IMG/VR virus record: IMGVR_UViG_3300027741_000253
Span: 1 to 25,308 of that record
Length of the DNA: 25,308 bases
Source of the DNA: a virus
Lineage: Duplodnaviria; Caudoviricetes
Strand: one strand, 5' to 3'
Shown here: positions 1-7,857 of the stretch, in pieces
Layout of the letters: the number at the start of each line of letters is the position of its first letter
How positions within the stretch are numbered: position 1 is the first letter of the stretch
The notes under the pieces: model-generated
The model's input: the letters and a program-made list of their open reading frames with translations, nothing else
What the model was told of the DNA's origin: nothing
The model's database searches: none
Program-made: the position numbers and the translations under genes

Positions 1-422
1 GCAGCTTCTTTAGCTTCTTTTAGACTATCCTTGGCTTCATCTAGCGCATCGTCTAGTGCATTAACTTTTTGACCGTCGCCATCAGTAATAGCTTGGGCAC
101 GACTCTCTTTAATTTGTTTAATCTGCGCTTCGTAATCATTTACTTTGCGCTCGTATGCTTCTCGTTGGAATGTTTTAAATTCCTCAGCAGCTTGTCGAAA
201 CTCTTTCAACTGCTCCTTTGTTTGATTTAAGTCCTTCATAAGATTTTCGTTATTCTTACGAAGAATAGGGAGAATCTCACGACCTCGTTTTACAAACGTA
301 TCAGCATCAACCCAATCTTGCTCGTTGCCACGAAAACGTTCTTTAGGAACCCAGCCTTGCGACTCAGCTTCACGAACTACTTCTGGTGCTGTTTCATGTG
401 AAACATTTTGTTCTTCACTCAT
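1..422 (-). CDS. probable capsid scaffolding protein (5' part; runs off window)
   Basis: Not in ORF track. ATG at 422 with AGGAG RBS; reads MSEEQNVSHETAPEVVREAESQGWVPKERFRGNEQDWVDADTFVKRG... then coiled-coil. Sits after portal/GroES in the head module. Confidence 0.6.
   Translation of the reverse strand, partial: MSEEQNVSHETAPEVVREAESQGWVPKERFRGNEQDWVDADTFVKRGREILPILRKNNENLMKDLNQTKEQLKEFRQAAEEFKTFQREAYERKVNDYEAQIKQIKESRAQAITDGDGQKVNALDDALDEAKDSLKEAKEA
390..405. promoter_or_regulatory. parS-like palindrome (ParB binding site)
   Basis: TGTTTCATGTGAAACA, 15/16 match to the universal parS TGTTTCACGTGAAACA. Confidence 0.5.
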
Positions 423-436
423 ATCTTACTCCTAGA

Positions 437-784
437 TTAATTTTTAGCCAAATACGGATCAACCAAATCTACATCAGCGTCAAGTGTGCCAGTGATGTCG
501 TGGTCATTAACAATGCGGTAGTTGTGTCCGTCTTTACCACGGTAAAGCAAACCAGCGTACTTAGCAAAGATAACCTTATCACCCACAGCGCACCAAGGCT
601 GTTCGTCCTCAAAGTAGCACCCGTCACCCATAGCAATTACTACCCCAGTAGTGTTAGCCATTTGTTCGCGCTCTTTGGTGGACTCAGTTGTCAAAATAAT
701 CCCGCCTTTAGAAACTTCTGCAATCTCTAGCGGTTTAATTAGGACACGGTTGCCTACCGGATTAATGCCTGCATCATTACTCAT
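437..784 (-). CDS. groES: GroES-like co-chaperonin
   Basis: PVGNRVLIK, mobile loop SKGGIIL, GVVIAMGDG, VGDKVIFAKYAG, IVNDHDI are Cpn10 hallmarks. Confidence 0.9.
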   Translation of the reverse strand: MSNDAGINPVGNRVLIKPLEIAEVSKGGIILTTESTKEREQMANTTGVVIAMGDGCYFEDEQPWCAVGDKVIFAKYAGLLYRGKDGHNYRIVNDHDITGTLDADVDLVDPYLAKN

Positions 785-795
785 ATATCTATTCC

Positions 796-1011
796 TTACT
801 CTTGTTGAAACATGTCTTCGTACTGAATGTCAAGGATGACAGCAATTACTCGGCAACGGCCTTTAATTTCTGCATCATCTTCAAACGCACCCATTGCTAA
901 ACCTTCTTTGAGTTGTTCTCGGTCATCCCGAAGTTGCCTCATAAAACGTTTAGTTACTGGATGGTGTTTCCACTCTTCAAATGTTTCTAACGTTACTTTC
1001 TCAGATCCCAT
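796..1011 (-). CDS. small head-module hypothetical protein
   Basis: 71 aa ORF with AGGAG RBS, packed between portal and GroES. Confidence 0.8.
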   Translation of the reverse strand: MGSEKVTLETFEEWKHHPVTKRFMRQLRDDREQLKEGLAMGAFEDDAEIKGRCRVIAVILDIQYEDMFQQE

Positions 1012-1030
1012 TCTTACTCCTAGTTAAAGA

Positions 1031-3151
1031 TCATAGTGCGGGTTGCCCCATTCCTTGTTGCCCCATCCCACCCATACCGCCCATCATGTTTTGCATGTTA
1101 GGCATTTGAGGAGATTGTTGCTCTGGTTGATCTTTGGTCATAGACGCAAAGACTTTATTCATTGTTTCGATAGAGCCAATAATGCCCTCTCGACGTTCAC
1201 GCTGCAAACCAATTTGCGTGTTAATCTCTTGCAGACGAAGCTTCTCACCTTCGTGCAGCACACCAATTTTAAGAACTTCAGCTTCTGCTTCCAGCTTTTT
1301 AATTTTGGCTTGGTTAAGTTCTGCCTCACCCATAAGCTTAAGCAGACCCATCTTCATTTGCAGTTCCATGTCTGCATGTTTAGTCTGTTGCTTAAGCTGT
1401 TCAATTTGCAGCTTAGGATTAACAGGTGGAGGTACAGCATTAGGCCCTTTGGGATCTGGCAACACACGATCAATGTTGGGAATTTTCATAGCCTTCAAGA
1501 AGGTGTGTTCAACTTCATAGCGGTTGTACATACCCGGCGTAGACTGCACACGCATAGCCAAAGCATTAGCTTGGTTCATACGTTGAGCATCAGAAGTAAT
1601 GCTTGGGTCAGAGCTAGGCATAACGTCAGTTACTGGGCCTTCGTAATCTGTAGCCAAGATCAAACCATCATTAATGGCATCAGTTACATAAGACGTATTG
1701 TTAGAAATAAAGATTTGATTCAAACGATACAACTTGCGAAACTCTTGTTTAAGACTACGGTGAGTACGTTTGAAAATGCCGTTAAAAATCTTCATGCCTT
1801 GCTCAGCCATAGTACGGGTAGTCTCAGCAGGAGTATTCTGTCCGGGGTTTTGACCAGTCAGAATGTCTACAGAACCACCGATACGTTCTCCGTAGTTGAT
1901 CAACAAGTTCAACAGGGTGAACAGAACCTGAGAGGGTTCACGTACTGGAAGAGGGACAATGCCTTTGCGGAGATCATCACCAGTTGTGTCCACATGCTTC
2001 CACTCCATAGGACGGAAACTAGACTCCCCACCACGAAGCTTGATACCACGACTAAGGAAACCACCAGCAGTATTCGCCATAGTGCCAGCATCAACCAACT
2101 GGTTGACAATGGTATTAATTGACTCATTAAGAGGCCCAAGAAGAACGCCAAAGCCCAAGTCATAGAAACCGCCATCAGGAGAGGGAACAAAAGGATATTT
2201 AGTAAAGTACTGCTCAGCTTTAATGCTTAGAACAGTTTTGCCATCTTTGCCGTATTGAATGTCTTTCTCGGTGTAACGAGCAACAATACGAGCAACTTGT
2301 TTGTTGTCTCGACGAACATAAACAATGTACGGCTCAGCATAGCCGTCATCATCAAAATCAATGTGGCAATGCTGCTCAAGGATTTCAATGGGGGTACTAG
2401 AGTCATTTGGCTCAGGAGGTTGAATGCCTTGAGCTTTGTCTTGAGCTTGTTGTAGGGTGTTACCCATTGCATAGCCAGACGAACCTTGTTGACGATCTTC
2501 AGAGACCTCATTCCACAAACCACGGGCTACACGCTCATAGATTTCATTGCGAGACATTTGCAACACATGGGTTACACGAGTTGCACTTTCAAGACTCTTA
2601 GTCCAGTAGTTAACTACTAGGTCTTTAGCCAACACGTTCTCAGAAACATTGTGTTGTTTGATTGGATCGTAGTAGGTCTTTTTAAATGCACAACCAATGA
2701 TGGGCTGTGTAATTAGAACCTTATCCATTTCAGATTCCCAGTCTTCATCTTCTTCCAGAAGCTGGTAGCTCATGTGCTGCTCAACACGAGAAGCACGCAT
2801 AGCACGCAGACCGTCTTTGTCATCACCAAGTACTCGGCACTTAACAGGACGATCTCCGTCAATCAGGACAGGATAACTACGAGCATGGTATTGCAAAGCT
2901 GCAATAGTGATGAGGGGGAACTTGACGTTACTGGCATTAGGCCAAGGGAAGTTTTTAGTCTCAGCAACTTGCAAAGCCAATTTCAAAGAAGCTTCAGTAC
3001 GCTTTTCCCAACCACTGCGAGAGATAAGATCATTGTCAAAGTCTCTAACAACCTGAGTGCCAATTGCTGCCAAGTCCTCTTTGCACAATAGGGGAGCAAT
3101 GTTGGCTTCATACATGAGGCCCTTGATGTCAAATTTGTCTTTGAGGTTCAT
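1031..3151 (-). CDS. portal protein
   Basis: ~706 aa directly downstream of TerL; FPWPNASNV, FYDLGFG and TA.ET..M.EQG motifs of P22/LUZ24-like podoviral portals; Q/M/G-rich tail. ATG 3151 preferred to GTG 3166. Confidence 0.88.
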   Translation of the reverse strand: MNLKDKFDIKGLMYEANIAPLLCKEDLAAIGTQVVRDFDNDLISRSGWEKRTEASLKLALQVAETKNFPWPNASNVKFPLITIAALQYHARSYPVLIDGDRPVKCRVLGDDKDGLRAMRASRVEQHMSYQLLEEDEDWESEMDKVLITQPIIGCAFKKTYYDPIKQHNVSENVLAKDLVVNYWTKSLESATRVTHVLQMSRNEIYERVARGLWNEVSEDRQQGSSGYAMGNTLQQAQDKAQGIQPPEPNDSSTPIEILEQHCHIDFDDDGYAEPYIVYVRRDNKQVARIVARYTEKDIQYGKDGKTVLSIKAEQYFTKYPFVPSPDGGFYDLGFGVLLGPLNESINTIVNQLVDAGTMANTAGGFLSRGIKLRGGESSFRPMEWKHVDTTGDDLRKGIVPLPVREPSQVLFTLLNLLINYGERIGGSVDILTGQNPGQNTPAETTRTMAEQGMKIFNGIFKRTHRSLKQEFRKLYRLNQIFISNNTSYVTDAINDGLILATDYEGPVTDVMPSSDPSITSDAQRMNQANALAMRVQSTPGMYNRYEVEHTFLKAMKIPNIDRVLPDPKGPNAVPPPVNPKLQIEQLKQQTKHADMELQMKMGLLKLMGEAELNQAKIKKLEAEAEVLKIGVLHEGEKLRLQEINTQIGLQRERREGIIGSIETMNKVFASMTKDQPEQQSPQMPNMQNMMGGMGGMGQQGMGQPAL

Positions 3152-3155
3152 ATCT

Positions 3156-4670
3156 TTAATACCCACAAGTTACAGAACGTCCAGTAAACATTCCATTGTT
3201 TTCGGCTTTATAAGCCTCGTACTCTTCTTCCTCAAGTTCCTTTTCAGTTGGAGCTTCCCACATCCTATCGAGCATCAAGCCCAAGTAAGCCCAAGCATCT
3301 ACTTGGTCATCATGCTTGTCTCTAGGAAACCGGATCAACTCATCTTCAAAGGCTTGATACCACTCAGCGTCCTTATCAAACTTACAGGCCCCACTTCTCA
3401 TACGAGCTTGAATGCTCCTAGCACGAGTAAGTTTATCACCGCTTGGTTTTAGCAATACCGTGTTGATAAACTCACCCCGCTTTAGCATTGCCTCATTGAG
3501 ATAGGGGCCAATAGCTTTCTGGATAGTACCTTGTTCAAGTCCAAAGAGTACGGGCTTATAAATCTTTTGTAGCATCAGGATTGTATCCACAATTTCTAAG
3601 GCGTCCATACGTTGTTTAATAACGTGTACGGCATACAGCCTTCCGTCTTCATCCATGCCACCAACAACAAAAGCTGAATAGTCAGCTCGTTGAGATTGGG
3701 ACACAGCCAAGTCACAGGTAGCATAGTAGACAAGTTTCTTCTTCTTGTCTTCTGGTTTCATGGCTACAAAGTCTGTGGGTTTAAAGAAAGTATCAGTAAC
3801 ATCCATAGGGACGTTTAATACTTCTTGGGAGTACACATCTCCCAAACCTTGGCGAACAAAGTCATCTTTCATTAGCCTAAACTCTTCAGCAGACTTCATC
3901 TCGGGCCACAATAACTTTTTAAAGTCATCCGTGTGAGCACGGTACTTAACTGACTTCCAAGGAAGCACATTGAGAGAATACTCCCGCAAATCTTCTTGAA
4001 TAAAGCTTTTAACTCCTCTATGGCTAACCAACAGAGAAGAAGGCATTAAGTTATTAAGCAAACTATCTAAGTGCAAGATAGTTCCAACAATACGAATTTT
4101 GCCACTAGAAGAGATACAGGGAATTAATGCACCATAAAACCAACGTTTAAATTTCATACGTCGGTCTTTGTTCATAACAATCTCGTCGTTCTCCATGTCA
4201 TCACCAATGACAAGATCAGGACGGAGGTTAGCCCACTTTAATCCACGAAGCTTTTGTTCTGAGCCTTTAGCTTGGATACGGAACGTGTAGCCATCCTCCA
4301 TTTCCACAATGAGATCATCTTCGGTGTCTTTTGGAAACGACGATACTGCAAAGAGCGACCTAAGATCCTCGTTGTCGAGTAATTCTTTTTTGATGTCTCC
4401 AAGGAATTGGATAGCTTGCTTAACTGTGTCCGAGACAATAAGGACGTATCTAGACTCTCTAAATAAGACCGAAGCAAGCGTGTACGCATGAGTGATTGCC
4501 GTGCTTTTAGCATGATACCGTGGAGCAGCTATAGCTACTTGTTTGCTGTTACTAGTAACAAGTTCCCACATTTCTTTGTGGAACTCAGGGGTAGGAACAG
4601 GTTTGTCAAAATTCTTACGCAGAACAGAATTAACAAAACCTTCCATTACTGTGGCATTAAGCCTGCTCAA
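3156..4670 (-). CDS. terL: terminase large subunit
   Basis: Walker A-like APRYHAKST, Walker B LVIGDDME, coupling motif VGT, RNase H-like nuclease residues TCDLA...DYSA and HDDQVDA. Confidence 0.93.
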   Translation of the reverse strand: MSRLNATVMEGFVNSVLRKNFDKPVPTPEFHKEMWELVTSNSKQVAIAAPRYHAKSTAITHAYTLASVLFRESRYVLIVSDTVKQAIQFLGDIKKELLDNEDLRSLFAVSSFPKDTEDDLIVEMEDGYTFRIQAKGSEQKLRGLKWANLRPDLVIGDDMENDEIVMNKDRRMKFKRWFYGALIPCISSSGKIRIVGTILHLDSLLNNLMPSSLLVSHRGVKSFIQEDLREYSLNVLPWKSVKYRAHTDDFKKLLWPEMKSAEEFRLMKDDFVRQGLGDVYSQEVLNVPMDVTDTFFKPTDFVAMKPEDKKKKLVYYATCDLAVSQSQRADYSAFVVGGMDEDGRLYAVHVIKQRMDALEIVDTILMLQKIYKPVLFGLEQGTIQKAIGPYLNEAMLKRGEFINTVLLKPSGDKLTRARSIQARMRSGACKFDKDAEWYQAFEDELIRFPRDKHDDQVDAWAYLGLMLDRMWEAPTEKELEEEEYEAYKAENNGMFTGRSVTCGY

Positions 4671-5175
4671 CTATTTGCCCTTGTACATCAATAGTTTTCA
4701 TAGAAGCAAACCGAGCAAACTCTTCACTGAGACGGAGCAAACGGTCATCAATTGTTTTCTCAATCTGTTCTTTCTCAGGAGCTTGTCGAATCTTTTCTTG
4801 CTTGGTAAGCAGGTCAGTAGTAATCTTAAGAGCTACGTGAGCTTTGACAGGCACTCGTGTGATCTTGCCAGTTTTCTGGTCAAACTGAGCATCACCCAAA
4901 TCCAACCGATCTTCTACAGCTTTAAGAGCTTTGTCTACAACCCTTTTGAGGTTGGAGTCCATCTGCTGCACATCTTCAGTTTGTAGCTGAAGGGCAAACT
5001 CTTTAAACCAGTCAGAGGTCTTCCAGATCTTTAAGGTAGGTAAGGGTATACCCGTAACAATAGCTGTCTCTGACAAATTGCCAAGCATCAGGTACGTACT
5101 GACAGCTTGAAGCTTTTGGTTCTGTGTCCAGACAGATTTTTTGTACCTACGATCAGTAGATGTCTTTCTCTTCAT
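4657..5175 (-). CDS. terminase small subunit (N-terminal HTH)
   Basis: HTH-like segment (LSETAIVTGIPLPTLKIWK) plus helical body; overlaps the TerL start. Confidence 0.7.
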   Translation of the reverse strand: MKRKTSTDRRYKKSVWTQNQKLQAVSTYLMLGNLSETAIVTGIPLPTLKIWKTSDWFKEFALQLQTEDVQQMDSNLKRVVDKALKAVEDRLDLGDAQFDQKTGKITRVPVKAHVALKITTDLLTKQEKIRQAPEKEQIEKTIDDRLLRLSEEFARFASMKTIDVQGQIVEQA

Positions 5176-5178
5176 TGC

Positions 5179-5433
5179 TCAGCACTTCCATTTCTTCAAA
5201 GCTTTGTTGATACGAGAGTTGGGATCTTTAGCCTTCTCTGTACCAGTCAACTTCTTCTTCATACCACCCATACGGGCACAGAAGCTATCTTTACGACTAC
5301 CACCTTCAGGTTGAGGTGCTTTGAGGTTATGACCTTCCTTCTTAGCAGAAGCACGACCTTTGGCATTCAATCCACCCGAAGGAGACTTGCCCTCTTTACG
5401 TTGCCATGCTGGACTCTTTTTACCTGTAGCCAT
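5179..5433 (-). CDS. small basic phage protein, DUF6321-like
   Basis: GGLNAKGRAS...LKAPQP...RKDSFCARM...DPNSRINKALKKWKC resembles a widespread phage family (recalled, not searched); AGGAG RBS. Confidence 0.75.
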   Translation of the reverse strand: MATGKKSPAWQRKEGKSPSGGLNAKGRASAKKEGHNLKAPQPEGGSRKDSFCARMGGMKKKLTGTEKAKDPNSRINKALKKWKC

Positions 5434-5460
5434 GTGTGCTCCTATCAGTGAGTGGAGCGA

Positions 5461-5488
5461 ACTATATCATCCTTTTGTAAAAGCACAA
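5461..5488 (-). promoter_or_regulatory. putative sigma70-like promoter for the late/packaging operon
   Basis: Minus strand TTGTGC-N16-TATAGT with extended -10 TGn, just upstream of the first late gene. Confidence 0.45.
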
Positions 5489-5607
5489 CACACTGGATAA
5501 ACGATCAGTAGTTGTGTTCTTAAAAAGCTGGTGTACAATATTTATATTCTTTTTCTTTTTTACCGTTTTTTCTTTTTCTGGTGCAGGTATAGAGTGTTAG
5601 TAATGTT

Positions 5608-5629
5608 AGAGCCGTAAGGCTCTTTTTTT
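5608..5629 (+). terminator. intrinsic terminator
   Basis: AGAGCC-GTAA-GGCTCT followed by a T tract. Confidence 0.65.
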
Positions 5630-5810
5630 ATGTCCATTCTGTTCTATGCGAGTCCCAGTAGGGACGAGCACCTCTAAGCACCTATCCCCCCTATCCGGTG
5701 TAACCCCCTCTTGTTTTAAAAACTTGTAGCAGCGTTACAAAGTGCCATAAGTAAAAATTAAAAACAAAAACATTTCCCCCCCTCTACCCCTACTACTTAA
5801 CAGGGTTATT

Positions 5811-5831
5811 GGTAATGAGAATTATTCTCAT
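5811..5831. promoter_or_regulatory. Fur box-like palindrome
   Basis: ATGAGAAT-T-ATTCTCAT perfect 8-1-8 palindrome; GGTAATGAGAATTATTCTC is 15/19 to the Fur consensus GATAATGATAATCATTATC. Confidence 0.6.
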
Positions 5832-5848
5832 CTACTCACCACCTTATA

Positions 5849-5861
5849 TATCAACAACTTA
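5849..5861 (+). promoter_or_regulatory. IHF binding site-like
   Basis: TATCAACAACTTA matches WATCAANNNNTTR exactly. Confidence 0.5.
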
Positions 5862-6076
5862 CATTACTTCCCCCCACTACAAACTAGTCACTGTTCTAAC
5901 CATTGTTTGATACGTCCAGAACGTCTTTAAACACCCTTTCCTGAAGCAATCTGTTCGGTGTGTGTACCCACCTACATGCACACCCCTATCTCCCCTTTAA
6001 ACAAACATATCTTCCGTCCATTGTCTTGCTCGGAAAGATTGTTGCGTTTACATCAAAATCGTTTGAAGCCAAGCTG

Positions 6077-6319
6077 ACCTTCGGTAAGTTAGATCGCTGG
6101 ATCCGCCCCCCCGCTTCTTGTTCGGGTTGCCACCGTTCGCTGCGCTCACTAGCAGAAACCACGCCAGTCGCTGTCGTCCGCTTCGCTCCCTCGGCTTTGT
6201 GGCATGGCTCCGCGCGTTCCGCGCTCCGGGCTAACGCCTTTCTGCCTTGGCAATCGCTACGCGACTGCGCCCCTGCGGGGCTTGCCCTCACGCCCAGCTT
6301 CTGTGAGGGGGGCGGTTCC
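6077..6319. other. GC-rich multi-hairpin structured element A
   Basis: Nested inverted repeats 6099-6111/6307-6319, 6127-6132/6248-6253 and 6152-6158/6239-6245; several GNA-triloop hairpins on the minus strand. Confidence 0.6.
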
Positions 6320-6350
6320 CTCTCACCTAACCAACCAAAGGAACCACATC

Positions 6351-6587
6351 ATGGCTACTCAAAACGACTTCGACTTCAACGCTTTCAACAATCTTACGCA
6401 GCGCAAGCCTGCTGGCCTCCAGATCTTCTTGGCACAGCAGTTGCTTTCTAACGCACTCTGGAGCATGGAGAACTATGACAATCCTCGTCAAACCGAAGTA
6501 CGCGATGCACTCAATGCAATCAAGACACTTCGTTCACAGATGAAAGCTGATGCAGCAGCTCGCAAGATCGGTGAAGCATCGTTTTAA
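6351..6587 (+). CDS. early hypothetical protein (78 aa)
   Basis: ATG 6351 with AAGGA RBS; phage-typical codon usage starts here (the ORF-track start at 6204 lies inside element A). Confidence 0.8.
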   Translation: MATQNDFDFNAFNNLTQRKPAGLQIFLAQQLLSNALWSMENYDNPRQTEVRDALNAIKTLRSQMKADAAARKIGEASF

Positions 6588-6600
6588 CATTATTTCAACA

Positions 6601-6637
6601 AAGGTAGTAGTTAGCTCTACTACCTTATTTATTTTTT
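6601..6637 (+). terminator. stem-loop, terminator or processing site
   Basis: AAGGTAGTAG-ttagct-CTACTACCTT 10-bp stem followed by a T-rich tract. Confidence 0.55.
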
Positions 6638-6651
6638 AACTGGAGTAACTT

Positions 6652-6849
6652 ATGACTCAATTAGATCTCGTTGATGAAATGTCGTGGGAAGACTGCGACA
6701 AAGTGGAGCTTATAGGTCTCGATGAGGCTGGTCTGGAGGAGCCTGCGTTGGAGACAGAATCTCATTTACACGGGAGAATGTTTCATTCAGGCATTCATGC
6801 TTACTTAGATTGGTTCTATGACGGAGAGTGGTCTGGATATACAGAGTAA
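6652..6849 (+). CDS. early acidic hypothetical protein (65 aa)
   Basis: GGAG RBS and ATG start. Confidence 0.75.
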   Translation: MTQLDLVDEMSWEDCDKVELIGLDEAGLEEPALETESHLHGRMFHSGIHAYLDWFYDGEWSGYTE

Positions 6850-6854
6850 ATTAT

Positions 6855-6908
6855 CTTAGTAAGTAATTAGCAATAGTTACTTACTGAGGCTATTTTGCCT
6901 ATATGGAG
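6855..6908 (+). promoter_or_regulatory. hairpin-plus-RBS leader element, copy 1
   Basis: 15-bp stem (2 G-U) with GCAA tetraloop, then GAGGCTATTTTGCCTATATGGAG. Confidence 0.55.
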
Positions 6909-6914
6909 TTTATT

Positions 6915-7052
6915 ATGAGACAACATTACGACATAACTAACGATGTTTACTATCGTAAACAACATAACTCTCTTATACGAGAGATTATTGCATCACTCAT
7001 ATTAGCTGGTGCTATAGGTATACCCTTTGCAATATATTTCTGGAGAATGTAG
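6915..7052 (+). CDS. small membrane protein (45 aa)
   Basis: Not in ORF track. GGAG RBS; MRQHYDITNDVYYRKQHNSLIREIIASLILAGAIGIPFAIYFWRM with one hydrophobic helix. Confidence 0.7.
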   Translation: MRQHYDITNDVYYRKQHNSLIREIIASLILAGAIGIPFAIYFWRM

Positions 7053-7053
7053 T

Positions 7054-7338
7054 ATGTTTCATTTAATATACCTTAATGACAATGCTGTACTACGTTCAGC
7101 TAATCACGGTGTATCTGCTATCGAATGGGAACATAACTGTAGACCATTGTTACTCACAGAACCAACTCTCTACTCTGCCACTAAATACGCTAAACATCTT
7201 GGCTTTAACTTACTGGATAGCAACGAGTGGAATGAGTTCATAAGCTCATTAGATGAGCCTAGCAATGTTCCTAGTAACAATTTCATCAACTCTCGTCCAC
7301 GACTTGACAAATGGGATGATCGTCGGGAAATTTACTGA
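7054..7338 (+). CDS. early hypothetical protein (94 aa)
   Basis: ATG 7054 one base after the upstream stop; GGAGA RBS. Confidence 0.7.
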   Translation: MFHLIYLNDNAVLRSANHGVSAIEWEHNCRPLLLTEPTLYSATKYAKHLGFNLLDSNEWNEFISSLDEPSNVPSNNFINSRPRLDKWDDRREIY

Positions 7339-7478
7339 TGTTTCACATCACCAATTTTTTGAGACACATCGGTATGGCGACAGCCGTACTGATGTTGTTC
7401 TGTTACATGTGGGCAAGCACACCCCTTGTAGCTATCAAAATGTGCAAATCAACTGTCATTGACAAGGTGTTCCAATGA
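7338..7478 (+). CDS. small hydrophobic protein (46 aa)
   Basis: Not in ORF track. TGATG and ATGA overlaps with both neighbours; MFHITNFLRHIGMATAVLMLFCYMWASTPLVAIKMCKSTVIDKVFQ. Confidence 0.6.
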   Translation: MFHITNFLRHIGMATAVLMLFCYMWASTPLVAIKMCKSTVIDKVFQ

Positions 7479-7690
7479 ACGAGAATTATCTTCCTATTTG
7501 TACTTGCTGCTACGCAGTACGTGTTGAACCACAACGTGCAAAGATGGCTAGACCAACTTGCATGGAATGTGGTGAGATGCTTGCACAACGTGTCAAGCAC
7601 ACCATCGCACCAATGAACAAAAGCAACTACATGCTCTTCACAGATCCAGAGATGCTCAAACAACTCAATCCCAAGCGTACAGCGTGCTAA
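7475..7690 (+). CDS. zinc-finger-like protein (71 aa)
   Basis: CxCC...CxxCG cysteine pairs; ATGA coupling with the upstream gene. Confidence 0.75.
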   Translation: MNENYLPICTCCYAVRVEPQRAKMARPTCMECGEMLAQRVKHTIAPMNKSNYMLFTDPEMLKQLNPKRTAC

Positions 7691-7816
7691 CGCTCAGCCC
7701 TAGCATCCCGAGACGCCAGCCGCCAAGCGGTCTGGCATACGGGCTGCGGTGGGCTTCGCTTGACAATCTTTCCGGGCTTGCTCCCCGCCCTTAAGGGGGG
7801 CGGTGAGGCTGCGCCC
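7684..7816. other. GC-rich multi-hairpin structured element B (paralog of A)
   Basis: Shares GCTAACGC, ACGCCAGyCGC..TGGCAT and GGGCTTGC..CGCCC..GGGGGGCGGT blocks with element A. Confidence 0.6.
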
Positions 7817-7857
7817 TCTGTTGTTTTTTAACCACATCTTTATAGGAGATCACTATT

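Noticed and set aside
1043-2122. 359-aa plus-strand ORF antisense to the portal
   Set aside because: Shadow frame of a codon-biased gene; no recognisable motifs and an implausible His/Leu/Phe-rich composition
3582-3591. DnaA box-like GTATCCACA
   Set aside because: Single mismatched 9-mer in coding sequence, expected by chance
5960-6451. ORFs of 163, 101 and 127 aa across the GC-rich region
   Set aside because: Open because of high-GC hairpin DNA; Ala/Arg/Pro/Ser-rich with no RBS. The real gene starts at 6351.
6779-7350. Several ATGTTTCA half-sites resembling parS
   Set aside because: The second half of the palindrome is missing; explained by Met-Phe-His codons
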